Source: Catajapyx aquilonaris
Taxonomy: Eukaryota
Reading direction: 5' to 3'
DNA length: 60,083 nucleotides
NCBI GenBank assembly: GCA_000934665.2
Contig: JYFJ02002271.1
Span: 1-60,083, forward strand
The notes below the pieces were generated by a model. The model did no database searches and was not told where the DNA came from. It saw only the letters and a list, made by a program, of their open reading frames with translations. Below are positions 26,327 to 39,800 of this stretch, in pieces (position 1 is the first letter of the stretch; every line of letters begins with the position of its first letter). Position numbers and translations under genes: made by a program.

Positions 26327-27345
26327 GTGGTCTCCCTACATTGATGTGTTTCATTCTGCACAACATAAAAGGGGGAGTTTTTCATTATAAAAGCATAATG
26401 TATATTATTAATACCCTACTGTGATGGCGATTCCTCCCGCTGTGTGCGGCTTACAGCACTGAAGTGATGAGCTTCACGACAGTCGGTGGCGTACCATGTT
26501 ACAATCTGTCCGTTCGTTACGGCAGCATGGAGAGATCGGCGCTGGTGTTGCCATTATATGAAAACTTTAAGATCATTACGATTTATCTTCCTTCAATGCT
26601 TCTCATGCCAACGCAACGCCGAGAGAAATGGGCGTTTCTGACATCGGAGCTCGCAGATTTTCGACACTGTTGGCGTGAAAGCGGATTTTCATGTCTCGGA
26701 CGCGTCCGTTCGTTACGCAGGCTTTGAAGACGGGCACAAGGGTATGGTTGTAATCGTAACGAAATGAATGCACTGCAAGAATTGGATTCAGCACAGCCAC
26801 ATGCTTCATACAGTTTGCTACCATTTTCCTGCTTTGTTTTGAGTTACCTGCTGTTTTTGTAGTATATTACTTGTTCTTTTCTGTCGCATTTGTAGCTTCT
26901 GGGTGTGACAGTGGGGGTCGATGCTGCTTGTATGATTTTGCTGAGGAAAATTATTACATCTTGCAGTTTTTGACTTGCTATTGATTTCGACCCTGGACCT
27001 ACCTTATTAATAGCGTTCGCAAAAGTGAAATAGTCCTGGTGTCCTGCGTGGCTGCGTTGCTCCATTTGGATCTCTTATAGGTGCAAGTTATGTATTTTTT
27101 TTTAAATTTCTTGCTTGGATTATGTTGGAAGTTTTATTTATTCATTTTTTGCTTATTTGTAAAGTTGTTGGATCACAATCACACAAGATGAGTTACAATC
27201 TGCTGAAGGAATCAAATGCAAAAATAGATAGTTTTTAAAACTCTTGATGAACCAGGAATTGTCACACAGACCACATAGACTTTTCTCGTCTGATCTGACA
27301 GTAGGCCTACTATTTTGCCACTACTAAGTTATATCATTCACCATA

Positions 27346-27628
27346 AACCGAAGCAGGTTGGCATAGTGGATAAGGCGTCCGACTGCTAATCGGAAGGTCC
27401 TGGGTTCGAATCCCGGGGTCGGCAACTCTGACCGTGGTTTTCTGTGGTTTCCCACGGTCCTTCCAGGAAAATTCCGGAGTTGTTTCCGTAATTAATAGGC
27501 CACAGCCGCTTCCTTCCGTCCCTATCCTATCCCAAAAAGTGCAGTAAAATGAAAGCAAAGAGTTCCAGGCAAAACAAAAACTTCCCCCCTAAAGAGCCGA
27601 TAGGCTGATAACGGGGTATGAATTATTA
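27346..27628 (+). mobile_element. tRNA-derived SINE, full length
   Basis: A box TGGCATAGTGG, B box GGTTCGAATCC, anticodon-arm-like hairpin TCCGA-CTGCTAA-TCGGA but an unpaired acceptor stem, (ATT)n tail. 17-bp TSD TTATATCATTCACCATA at 27329-27345 and 27629-27645. Absent at the paralogous site near 32871-32890. Confidence 0.9.
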
Positions 27629-27645
27629 TTATATCATTCACCATA

Positions 27646-27770
27646 GGGCCGGTTTCACCAAGCCCGGTTTTGATAAAACCCCGGTTCTCTCGAAAAATCC
27701 CCATTCTATTTGCAGAGATTTTCCAAAAGAACCAGGGTTTTATCAAAACCGGGCTTGGTGAAACCGATCC
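27646..27770. mobile_element. MITE with long TIRs (PIF/Harbinger-like ends)
   Basis: GGGCCGGTTTCACCAAGCCCGGTTTTGATAAAACCC is mirrored by GGGTTTTATCAAAACCGGGCTTGGTGAAACCGATCC. 3-bp TSD ATA, confirmed by the empty paralogous site CCATAGTCACG near 32880. Confidence 0.85.
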
Positions 27771-28262
27771 ATAGTCACGAAAGCGTACGTGCAGATAAAA
27801 CCAAACGTGTTCAGTTTGACAAATAAAAGATGTGCGGAAGCAAACAAAGGGGCATATGTTCGCCAATTTTATTATGATGGTTTTATCATGTTGTGTTAAG
27901 TTAAATGAACCAACCATTTTATTGTCAAATTGGAGTGTCATTATTTAGATAACTGTTAATAGCTCTGATATTTCAGTTCTTTCATGATTCTTTCGAATTC
28001 AGACGCTCTGTTAGGAGTTATCGAATCGGTAATTTCGTTGGTGCAATCTGGCATATATGTATACCTATCTCGTGCTGATTCCCTTTGCTCAGGAATTGAT
28101 TCTGAATGAATATTGTAATAATTGAGTGACGAGACTGTATAACTATATGACGTATACCGTATGGGAATGTACTTTCTATTAGAGCAAAACAATAGCCTAC
28201 CATAGAAGTATTCACCATATGCGAAAGTTTTTCTGCTGTGCACGCAAACTCGACTTCCAGCA

Positions 28263-30995
28263 ATGGAAGTACTCGGCTCTGTAATTTTCATACTCCTTGT
28301 TACTCGTATTTGTGGGCAGGATGATAATTTTCCCTCTTCATTTTTGAATGTAAAATGGTTAGATAGAGAAGGCAAGTACCTCCTCCAGTGGTCAGTCTCA
28401 CCCGATGACAAAGAGGTCTACTTTCGAGTGGAAGTGTCCACCAGGGGATACGTCGGATTCGGACTGTCCCACCACGGAAGCATGTCCCAGGCGGACATCG
28501 TCATCGGAGGGGTCTATCCGGACGGATCCAACTACTTCTCGGTGAGTCATCCGAGGGCTGCTTCAATTGCTCCAAATTCTCGAACAGTCTTTCTCGCATA
28601 TTTGTGGCCACCCTTTTGACTAACTTTTTACTAATTTGACACCTTCTGATGCCTCCCTCCCCCTCCCTTTTACCACTGCCCATCATGTACAGGATCGTCA
28701 CGGTCCAGACTTTTCCAATGGATACCCTCCAGAAGACGATCATCAGGACTGGTGGCTGGAATATGCCTCAGAAAACGAGACACACACCACCCTCGGCTTC
28801 TGGAGGAAGATGAAGACATGCGATCCAGAAGACATTGACATGACGGTAAATACTCATTGTATGTGAATAATCACATTATGTGCTTTAATTTTCATCCCAG
28901 CTTCAAGGGACGGTACGATTGATATACGCCTGGTCAGAAGATGACCCAGAAGACGGGGTGCCTCAGTACCACGGAGCAGAGAATAGAGGCGGAAACAACA
29001 TGCACTTGACTGCATTGTACACAAAGCCTGCAACACCAGAGGACGCAAAACATTGGGACATGAGAACAAACATATCCATCCCCAATGTTACATCTATTGT
29101 ACTATGCAAATTGTTAAGAGGACCTGAGATTGACGTGAAGCACCACATTATCGGAGTAAATAGATCGATTTAATGACTATATCTGATGTGGATTAATTGT
29201 GTGTATTCAGAACGTCACGTATGGACATCATTAATAATTTGGTTCAAAACAGGCTGAGCCACTATTACCTTCTGAGCACGGGGAGATCGTACATCATGCT
29301 GTCCTGGTTCAATGTAATGTCCCCGAATTTATGGCTAAACTATATTCAGAAGGTGAATATTCATCTTGCTCACAGATTATGTTTTTCTGCACTACTTCGA
29401 TCACTTCTTACTTACCCAATGAACAGGTATGTGGTATATACATCTAGTGCAAGCTTAGCCGATTGTGCTAATCCTCGTATTGATAATATTACAGGGAAGA
29501 TATCTTCCATCCCATATTGGGTTGCCTTTAAATCCTGGAGAAAATACACGCTTTCTTATACAAATGCATTTTAACAACCCACAATTAAAGACTGGTTCCA
29601 TAAATTTTGGATTCAGCCTCATTTACACAGAACATCTCAGGTGGGCTTTATTATTGTTGTTATTATTATTATTTTGATGAAGAGAACCACATGTTGCCAA
29701 ATATAATCCCTCCTCATTCCTCAAACCAAATGATGCCTCATCCATATTCCTGGGACATCTGGACATTTTTAACGAGAGTCTGGCTGTACCACCTGGTCAG
29801 GATAACTGGGTAATTCCTGCTCACTGTCCTAGCCATTGTACGGAGAAATACTTTCACGAACCGGTAAAAGTCGCCGCAGTGTTTCTTCACGCCCATCTAT
29901 TAGGTGCGTTTGATGAAGATTTGCATTACAATTATCATTAGCTGAATGCCTCTGATCATTTCCTTCAAGCCAGAACAATCAGATTGAGGCACTTTAGAAA
30001 AGAAACCGAGTTGCCTTGGATAGCAGTAGACGAACACTACGACTTTTATGCCCAATCAGTCATTTTGCTGCCATCAGAAGTGGAACTACTTCCAGGAGAC
30101 CATTTGACTCTAGGTACGTTATGTTTTGTACCTTTTCTATTTTTTTTAGAGGACCAACAATATTTCTTTCTACAATTTACAGAATGTCTCATGGATTCCA
30201 CCGGAGAAAACGAGACAGTTTTTACTGGGCACACGACCGAGAACGAAATGTGCACTGGTTCCATTTTGTATTATCCCGATCAATCACTTTCTACTTGCAT
30301 CAGTTATTCGACTCCTGATGATGTCATTAAATCCTTAGGAATTTCCGGGCTTAAAAGGTAGTGAAATCATTCTAGTGTACTTTACACAATCATCATGGAG
30401 GAGCACTGTCAAAGTGTAAATCAGATTTTGGTTTGTTGTGAACATTTTATAAACACTTTAAGTTTCCTACAAGTTGCAATCTTTGCTTTTTATAACGCTA
30501 ATGGATAGAGCCCACGTCTTATTTACATAGACCACATGAAGGCAATAGTATGCATTTCTTTTGCAGTAATGACGGTGAAGACAGCAAAGAAAGAGCAATA
30601 AAAGAGTTCGTGTCAATGGCTGACTCACAGAATTGGACCACACAGGACATGGAATCGATTAGATATCGAACTCGATATGGAACGCAACGAGCCGTGTGTC
30701 TAGGGAAGAAAATCCTGGTTTATGTAAGATAAGGTTCCTGAGTTTTGACTGATAAATTAATATCAGTGAATACATGCTACGCTTTCATCCATAGGCGAGC
30801 GACGAGGAAACCGGATATCCAGAGGTCAATGATGAATACTTCCCTCCTGATTCATGTAGTTCCGCAGCTTCATGGACTGTTCTGCCCATGGGGATTATTT
30901 CAATGGGTGCCATCGAATTTGCAATGATTTATGCATATTACGTGGTCTCCCTATTGCATTCTGCACATAAAAGTCAGAGGTTATCATTATTTTGA
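28263..30995 (+). CDS. MOXD1-like: MOXD1-like copy D, 10 exons, with a mutated exon-6 splice acceptor and an extended C-terminus (possibly a young pseudogene)
   Basis: Near-identical to C with all Cu ligands. Acceptor CCTCAG|ACC of C reads CCTCAA ACC at 29723-29724. The TAA stop of C reads TAC at 30939-30941, extending the frame to TGA at 30993-30995. Confidence 0.8.
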
Positions 30996-33864
30996 CGCAT
31001 GTTTCAATGATTATTGTAGCGACAAGGGCATGATATTTATTCCACAACATTACAGTAAGTTGCTTACTATTTTATGACTTATCTTTTGTGACCCTGTATA
31101 TATTACGTGAAAATAAAGCATACTGCATTATTGATCACACAGTTCTCACTCTTACGTACATGGTATTTTTATTAGTGGTAGATTTCGTCACCAGCACGTC
31201 GTAAAAGTTGGCCCAAAACAAGTCAAAAATTCAAGAATAGGCCTGCTAAAGCAGGAATAATTATTGAATATTTCAACATTCTTATATTCTCTCATTGATC
31301 AGATTTTCGTTCTACTTCACGATTATCATGCAATGTTGGTCATACTCAACGTGGATTGCGCAGTATAACTATTGATGTTATATACTGTGTAGGCGTGCAG
31401 CTAAGTGCTGGATGTTTGCACAGCTGTTGCCCAACAATACAGTGAAGCTAACACAATGCTTGGTGATGTTGCAATTTTTCTGCTTGCTGTCGATTAATTC
31501 AGAAGTGAGTACTGTACTCGCTAGCACAGAAATTATTCCTCTGTTACTACAAGTAGTTTCCATTCTACTTTTTTTGGCAGAGCCAGAAACTGTCATGGTG
31601 ATCGGATTTATCCAAATATTTTACACTAAAAACTGTAGGTGCATCAAATTTATGAGAGAAAATGCTCATATTTTGCAAAAGTCTATCTTAGAGATAAGAA
31701 TAAAGTTTTGTGACTTCAAGACAGTGTGTCGCCTTATAAAGAACATGCTGGTGAAATTATAGGATGGTCCATTTGGGTTCACTTTATACGGCTTACCAAT
31801 AGAATTTTGAAGTGTCATTAAGTCAGGTGACACTTTTAGGAAGGATATGAAAATAATATCGTCAATTGGGGTGAGATTGTGCCAGGTAGGGTGAGATTGT
31901 GCCAGAGCAATTTTTGGACAACAGAGCGCCCTACCGCGAATTTTACTCGTCATTACCAACATTGACCATCCCTCAATGTAGTAAAACATGCCTAAATTCG
32001 TTTGATGCCAATAGCTAGGGCGCACTGTTGGCAAGAAATGTTCTGGCATAATCTCACCCCAATTGACGGCATTTATAGACAAAATGGATGGAAACCTGCT
32101 TGAAGATGGTCTCAAACCTCGTAGCTATTGTCTCATAGGTCATAGCGGTTCGGTTCCATTATCTGACTTGTTTGACTGGTTACCCCCTCCTGACCTGAGT
32201 TTGTGGCTTTGTGCAGACAGTCTACAACAAACCTGAGCTTGGTGTTGGTCTCCCTGCGCCTCCTCTTTAAGGGATAGGTTTATTCGTTGGTTGCGAGTAT
32301 TGTAACTTGAGACTTACCGGTAAGTCTAAGAGCATAGTGACACTACTACCGCTATTACTTTTGTGATGTTCTGCTTTGTTTTGAGTTACCTGACTGTTCT
32401 TGTCATTAGTATTGCTTGTTCTTTTCTGTCGCATTTATCGCATTTGTAGCTTCTGGCCTGCTTCTGGGTGTGACAGTGGGGGTCGATGTTGCTTATGATT
32501 TTGATGAGGAAAATTACATCTTGCAGTTTTTGACTTGCTATCGCTTTCGACCCTGGACCTTACATTAATAGCGTTCGCGAAAGTGAAATAGTCCTGCGTT
32601 GCTCCATTTGGATCTCTTAGGTGCAAGTTATGTATTTTTTTTAGAATTTATTGCTTGGATGATGCTGGATAGGAAGTTTTATTTATTCATTTTTTTGCTT
32701 ATTTGTAAAGTTGTTGGATCACAAGCATACAAGATAGTTACAATCTGCTGAAGGAATCAAATACATAAATATAGTTTTTAAAACCCTTGATGAATCAAAA
32801 ATAATATATATTTTATTGTCACACATACCACAGTCTTTTCACGTCAGATCTGACAGTATTATTTTGCCTCTATCATTCACCATAGTCACGAAGGTTCACG
32901 TGCAGATAAAACCAATCGTGTTCAGTGTGACAAATAAAAGATGTGCGGAAGCAAACAAAGGAGCATTATGTTCGCCTATTTTATTATGATGGTTTTATCA
33001 TGTTGTGTTTTTAAGGTATAAATGAACCATTTCATTGTCAAATTGGAGTGTCATTATTTAGGTAACTGTTAATATTTTAAAGGAAGCAGCAGCTCTGATA
33101 TTTCAGTTCTTTCATACCATTTCGAATAATCAATCAAGGGAAGATTGTTGCCAAAATGAAGTGCAATGTGCCCAAGTCCAAGCCCAAGTCATAAGCTTGG
33201 CAACATAAAGTCCAATTTTTTTCCAATTTTTTGGACTACTAATTAAGCTAAATACTTGTGGCTTAACCGTACATCATACGATTTATCATACCTTTTCCAT
33301 GAAAATAATTGTGTTGCATTTATCCGACAAATTGGATCAAAATGATTATTTTTTCTTTTCTCAACATGATTGGATCTGGAGAACTTGTGCCCGTTTGGAA
33401 ACAAGTTCTTCAAAACAAAGCTTAAGCTGAATTTGTCTATTGCTTAAAGATGCTGATATAATATGCTCATGTTCAATTAAAGTCAATAATAAGCACAGAC
33501 AGACAGTTCATACTGAGAGGTAAACGAAAGGTTTTCAAAATTAATTTTATTTTCAGCTATACTTAGCTTAGACTATAAGTTAATTTCTTGGGACACAACG
33601 TATCACTACATTCATTTGGGATAATAATTTTTTCAATCCATGCATGGCCTTCCCATTTCGTAGACAAAAAACATGCCATGCAGTTGATGACAATGGCAAT
33701 AATGAAGAATTCCCATACGCTCGTGACTAGCGACATAACGTATTGTTTCAACTATACATTCACCCATGGAACAGCTGCCTGTACCATCTGCTGACTCTAA
33801 AGCAACGCATTTGGCGGTTTACTTTCTAAAGCTTCACATACAGTCATACAGTCAGTTTCCCAAA

Positions 33865-36800
33865 ATGGAGACACACACGGCAATTACTGCTCTGCTCATC
33901 GTGTCCATGACTTTGCTTGGACAGGGCCATACATTCCCCGATTCTTTCGAGAGGTCTAAATGGCTGGACACCCTGAAAGAGTCTTACCTCCTTCGGTGGT
34001 CAGTCTCACCCGATGACGAAGAGGTCTACTTTCGAGTGGAAGTGTCCACCCGGGGATACGTCGGGTTCGGTCTGTCCCACCACGGAAGCATGTCCCAGGC
34101 GGACATCGTCATCGGAGGGGTCTATCCGGACGGATCCACTTACTTCTCGGTGAGTCCCGCAATTTACCAGAGAGAGGAGTGCATGTTTGTAATCAGTCGT
34201 AAGGCAGTCTTAAGTGAGGCTTGGTCAAATAAATATGTTGTGTGCATCCTGTGTATTATACGACCAGCACAATCACAATATTTTGCCTATATCCACTGCC
34301 CATCATGTACAGGATCGTCACGGTCCAGTCTCCTCGAATGGATACCCTCCAGAAGACGATCATCAGGACTGGTGGCTGGAATATGCCTCAGAAAACGAGA
34401 CCCATACCATCCTAGGCTTCTGGAGAAAGATGAAGACATGCGATCCAGAGGATATTGACATGACGGTAATAATTGATCAGTATATGAAAAACAATTATTA
34501 GTGACTTGACATGGCACACCAATTACCTAGCTCCAAGGTACAATGATATTGATATACGCCTGGTCAGAAGATGACCCAGAAGATGGGGTACCACAGTACC
34601 ACGGGGCAAAGAACAGAGGAGGAAACAACATGCATTTGACTGTCACGAACACCAACCCAGACGTTTTCGACAGTGCAAAATACTTTGACTTGCGTCTGAA
34701 TATAACCATACCAGATGTCGAGACATCCATTTTGTGTAAGGTGTTTCGAGGGCCTGACATCGACGTAAAGCATCACATTATTGGGGTAAGTTCAACAATA
34801 ATTTGGACTGTCAATTTGCGTAAGAAATTAGTGCATTGGAAAAATTAAATTAATTCTTATTACGATGGCCGCACTAAAATGATTTACAATTTATTTATTT
34901 TTGCCACAAATACAGTGCCCGTACCGTGCGGCAGATAGTAACATATTATAGATAGGATCCTCCTTGAGCCGAATACACAGGAGTCATGGGTGTGGCACCT
35001 CTCCGGGCCCTCCAGGACCAATTCTTTGGAGGTTCGGCGCACGTCCTCCCGAACAACTGCTTACAGTCAACAATGTCCTCGCAATTGCATCAGCGACGGA
35101 GTTTTTTTTCATGGATCTGAACAGGTGACAGTCAATGGGGACCAAGCCGGGTGAGTGTAGCGGATGTGGAAGCACCCAAACCCATATCCCTGGAAAAAAA
35201 CCCTTCGCCGACGCCATTTCGAGATTCGAGGACACTGTTGATTGTGCACAGTTGTCCGGATGTGGGTGCGTCGCACCTCCAAAAAGTGGTTCCTGGAAGG
35301 CCTGGAGAGGTTGACACACCTGTGGTTGTATGGCATTCGGCGGACACCATATCCCCTCCTCCAAACTGCTTCGGTACAATAAGATATACATAATGGGGAA
35401 AGTATATAGTGAGAAACCACAAAAGAAATGGTCGGTTGTATATAATTATATAGTGTTTACAATCTGGGTGCAATTCACAATGATATAATAATAATTATTG
35501 TTGCAATAAACTCTACACTGCCTCTGCTTAATGTAACATAAACAATATTTCAAATTGGTGTGTCCCTGACAAAATAAGTCACTAGTGAATTAACACTGCC
35601 AATGATAATGGGTTAACATTATTACTCGAGTTGGAAATTTGATGATTCGCGAGTACAGGCGGCCATAGAGTGGTTACACGTATTCACAAGGAATCTTGCA
35701 ATAAGTTGATTACGGTTAGAAGAAAAATGGCAAACGGAGCAGCCGAATGTACCTTTATATATGTGGATAATTATTTCAGAAAATGATATGGGCGTTTCAC
35801 TTTAGATCCGGGACACTTCACACATTCCAATATGAATATGGAAAAAGCACAGGTCAATCCAAGCAGCCAAATGTTAAACATACCAGAGAGTTTCTTGACA
35901 GTCAGAACCTCTTCTGCCACGTGGGATGCTGCATATCTTTCTTCTTCGGCCCGAATGTCCTTCAGATTTCGGAGGAGGTTCATGTACTGCTCTTGCTCCA
36001 CGAATCGGTTAATAAGATCGCTCTCAAGATACATTCGAATAACATTGTTGTAGAGACGAAACAGTGCGACCTGTCCTCTGGGTACTGATCCTGCTGTGAA
36101 TGAAGGAAATAACTTGTCTGTGCAGAATTTTACTTTCAGTTCACCCAAACTGCTTGTGCATCGATACATTTCACGCTCCAGCATCCAGCTAACTCCAGAG
36201 CAAACGAGATTCTCATGGTCCACTTTATCTAAGCACTCAGGGATGCTGCCTCCTAATTTCATCCTCTCCACCCATTTGTTAGCGAATGTGTCATTAGCCA
36301 ATGCAGCGAATTTTTTTATTGCGAGAAACTCCAGCATGGTGACTTCGGCTTCCCAATTGTAATCAAGAAATTCATTCAATGTGGCAGGTACGAATTCCTT
36401 CGGAGGGTACGTGAGAAAGGAAACCAACTTTGCCTTGTATCCAACAATAATCACTGTCGCAAATAAGAAGAAAAAGAAAGCGTGGAAAATGGAGAAATGT
36501 GTAGAGGTGAGATCCATGGGCTGCTCTATAATGTATCGGATGACATATCCAGCCGATTTAGGAAGGGACAGGTGGCTCTTATCTGTGCGATTACAACGAG
36601 AGAGATAATGAGTGGCGATCGACAACAAAATTAGGCTTGCTAAGAACAACACCCAAAACAGCAGAGGATAAGGTCTGAATATCACTCCCCATGACACGAC
36701 ACCTTTTGGCTTCCTGGTCAGGAATGTCCCATGCCCATAAAAGTGAACATACGTGGCACTGAAAATTGCGAAAGTGTCTTCAGTGAGAAATGCAACTGGA

Positions 36801-39800
36801 GTGAAGTCCGATTTGTTGTAGATGAGACTGCCGGTAATGCCATCCCATGTCCCGTTCGGATACTGGAATTCAGGGTCCAGACTGTTAATAGGCTGCAAAC
36901 TTGCCTCCACCCTGGCACCCAACAGTTCTTCAGTGACGAGTGCGGCCCTGTCGTAGATAGAAACGGAGATCTCCCCTTCCATCTTCTTCTTCTCTCTTGC
37001 TTCTTCTAGCTCGATATCGAAGTAAAATCTCAGCCTCAGCACTTTCCCATTCACATGCTTGGTCTCGTCTCTGAACAGCTGTTGTAAGTGTTCAAAACCT
37101 TTCTTCCGACCTGGAGTGAATGATCCTATTTCTTGAACCAAGTGATCCCCACCCTCTCCGCAGAAGAAGCAGACTTCGCTCACCTGAAGAAATCCCGACA
37201 CATCAGTGGTTGTTGTTGTTGTGATGGCTTGTAGCCTGAGGGAACTTCCAGGCGGAGTGGTCATGAGTCGACGGATCTCTTCCTTTGAGGATTGGGATGA
37301 TGTGAAGTGGATGAGGAAGAGGTCCTCCCCTGGCAAGAGCCTGACCGAGGAGGCTGTGTACATGAGCAGATGCGCGAAGGACCCGGTGGTCTTGGGCATG
37401 ATGAGGTGCAGGGTACAGGAGAGACCCGACCAGAGACGGGACTGGAGACGAGGAGGAACCGAGGTGAAGTCCAGCAGCTGTTCCTGCTTGGTCAGCCAGG
37501 GGTAATCCTCGTACGAGTGCGGGTAACTCTTCATGAGGACAGGGAGTGCGGGCAAGTACTTGTTGGCGTGATGGGTCATGACCTTCTGGATGGGAGAGGG
37601 TAGGAAGGCAGAGTCGGTCGAGACCACCAGTGTGCACTGCTCCAGGTCTTCCCTTCGAAGGATTTCCCTCACCAGGAGAGCCACTGACTCATCCTCTTCC
37701 TGATGCTCATCCCTCAGGACGACACTAGTCTTCATTCCCAAACCAAGGTTAATCAGGACAAGCCCCACAAACACGCATGCAATAGCCCCCATGTTGGGTC
37801 TCATACTAAACCTCTCTCATACTAAACGCCCCAACAATCGTGAAATCCACGTCGCACTGCAAATTACAGACATTACAGATATGTGGAAACGTAAGCCTGA
37901 AGTGTACCTGGAAGGCGATGATTGGCGTAATTATACTATGGTCGACAACTTGCGAAATTGGATGTTGTATAAATAATTTAATTTATAAGTAGACTATTTC
38001 GATTGAAGACACTAATAAGTAATGGGCAACGAAGTGAAACAACTGTTTCTGATTTCTTTCGAATCTCCAGATCAAGCTGATATCCAATCTATGCACACAC
38101 AAAATTCTGAAATGGGGGTCTGAATGAAATGGGGGTCTGAATTGACTATTTATGAAAATGAAAAGTTAATTTCCATAACACGATGAGGATCCAAAAATTT
38201 TGCGAGGCCATATGCAATATATTGTCGTTGAATTACGATTAATTATTTCTTTGTACTTTATTTAAACACTTGCGAGTTGAAATAGGGACTATTGTGTCTA
38301 TAATAATATTAATATGCAATGTTGTGAAACATGAGGAACTGTTTGCGATTTCCATCACATCTGATCATGCTGATATCCTGCTATAATGAAGCCAAGGGGC
38401 AACACCGTACATTTTAAAAATATTAACAAGATGCAGTTCAAAAACAAATAGTCATCAATGTAAGTGACACCATTTTTTTACACTCTCGGGAAGTTAGTTC
38501 AAAATTATTGCCACACTCATAGTCAGAGATTCATCAAAGGTATCAATCGTTATTTTAACATTCTCAACAATGATCGTATAGGCCTACTCTAACCTACTCT
38601 AATGCAATAAAAATAAAACAGGCTCGGAAATATCCGAATTTGTATTTATCTCACTTCGCCCATTTTTTGACATACGTTGTTTTCCAAAGAAACCCCTCAG
38701 TTGTAATTAATTTTGTAATCAATAATACTACTAATATTTCTTGTTGTGATTTAAACAGGTTTCAACGCTACCTGCAACAGAGCACCCCGGCGTTGTGCAT
38801 CACGGTTTGTTGTTCCAGTGCCATTTCCCTCCTCTGTTGGCCGATCAGTTTTTGACGTCAGATTCGGTGCAATTTCATTCAGCAATTGTGTTTTGTAACA
38901 CACTGACTGGAGCCTATACACCTAATCGAGAGGTAGGAGAGTATTATTATTATTTTTATTCAGTTAATAATCTTACAGTATAATGCCTGGCTCTGTCAAC
39001 GCATTCAATTTACTTTTCAGGGGTACTCTTTGCCTTCCAATGTCGGATATCCTCTGAATGCAGGAGAAGAATCATATTATCTTCTTCAAGCTCATTATTA
39101 CAATCCTTTATTAAAATCAGGAGCAAGTAACTTCGGATTTCGCCTATTCTACACTGATAACCTTAGGTGATGCTAATAATATACTGCTATTGATATAGTC
39201 GGAGCATGGTCTATAATAGGAGGGATAATTAGGACTCGTTTCCTGAAAGCAGTGCCATTGCTTTCAGGAAACGAGTCCTAAAGCACCATGAATGCTTCAC
39301 ATATTTTTATTATAATCGTTAAATTGGTAAGGAGATAATAGAAATGTGATACATTCTGCATCCTCAGGCCAAATGATGCGACAACAATGCTTGCTGGGCA
39401 TTTAGACTTGTACGGGAGGAATCTTTTAATTCCCCCCGGACAGAAGGATTGGGTCATCTCGGGTCACTGTCACCATCAGTGCACCGAGAAAGCCTTTCGT
39501 GAACCTGTGAAGATATATGGAGTTACTCTGCACGCTCATCTGTTGGGTAACCTGCAACCAAACTATATTTTATTACGTTATGTATGATCAATGACAATAT
39601 ACTGTTTGGTTTTTTCAGCCAGAACTATCCGATTACGTCACTTTCGAAACGGAACTGAGTTGCCCTGGATAGCAAATGACGAGCACTACGACTTTTACTC
39701 TCAAGAATTCGTCTTATTGCCATCGGAAGTGGAAGTGATGCCAGGAGACCACCTGACTGCAGGTATTCAGCATGTTCAAATATTAAGTAAAATGTCAATA

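Larger units (their letters stand above)
23610..33125 (+). repeat. Recent tandem segmental duplication (unit C about 23610-27990, unit D about 28225-33125)
   Basis: Exons and introns of C and D are nearly identical. Downstream spacers also align (about 26830-27345 with 32370-32885, and about 27773-27990 with 32885-33125). Confidence 0.9.

Noticed and set aside
27352..27424. Apparent tRNA gene with a GCT anticodon
   Set aside because: The acceptor stem does not pair, it lacks the long variable arm of tRNA-Ser, and it continues into a SINE body with a tail and TSD.
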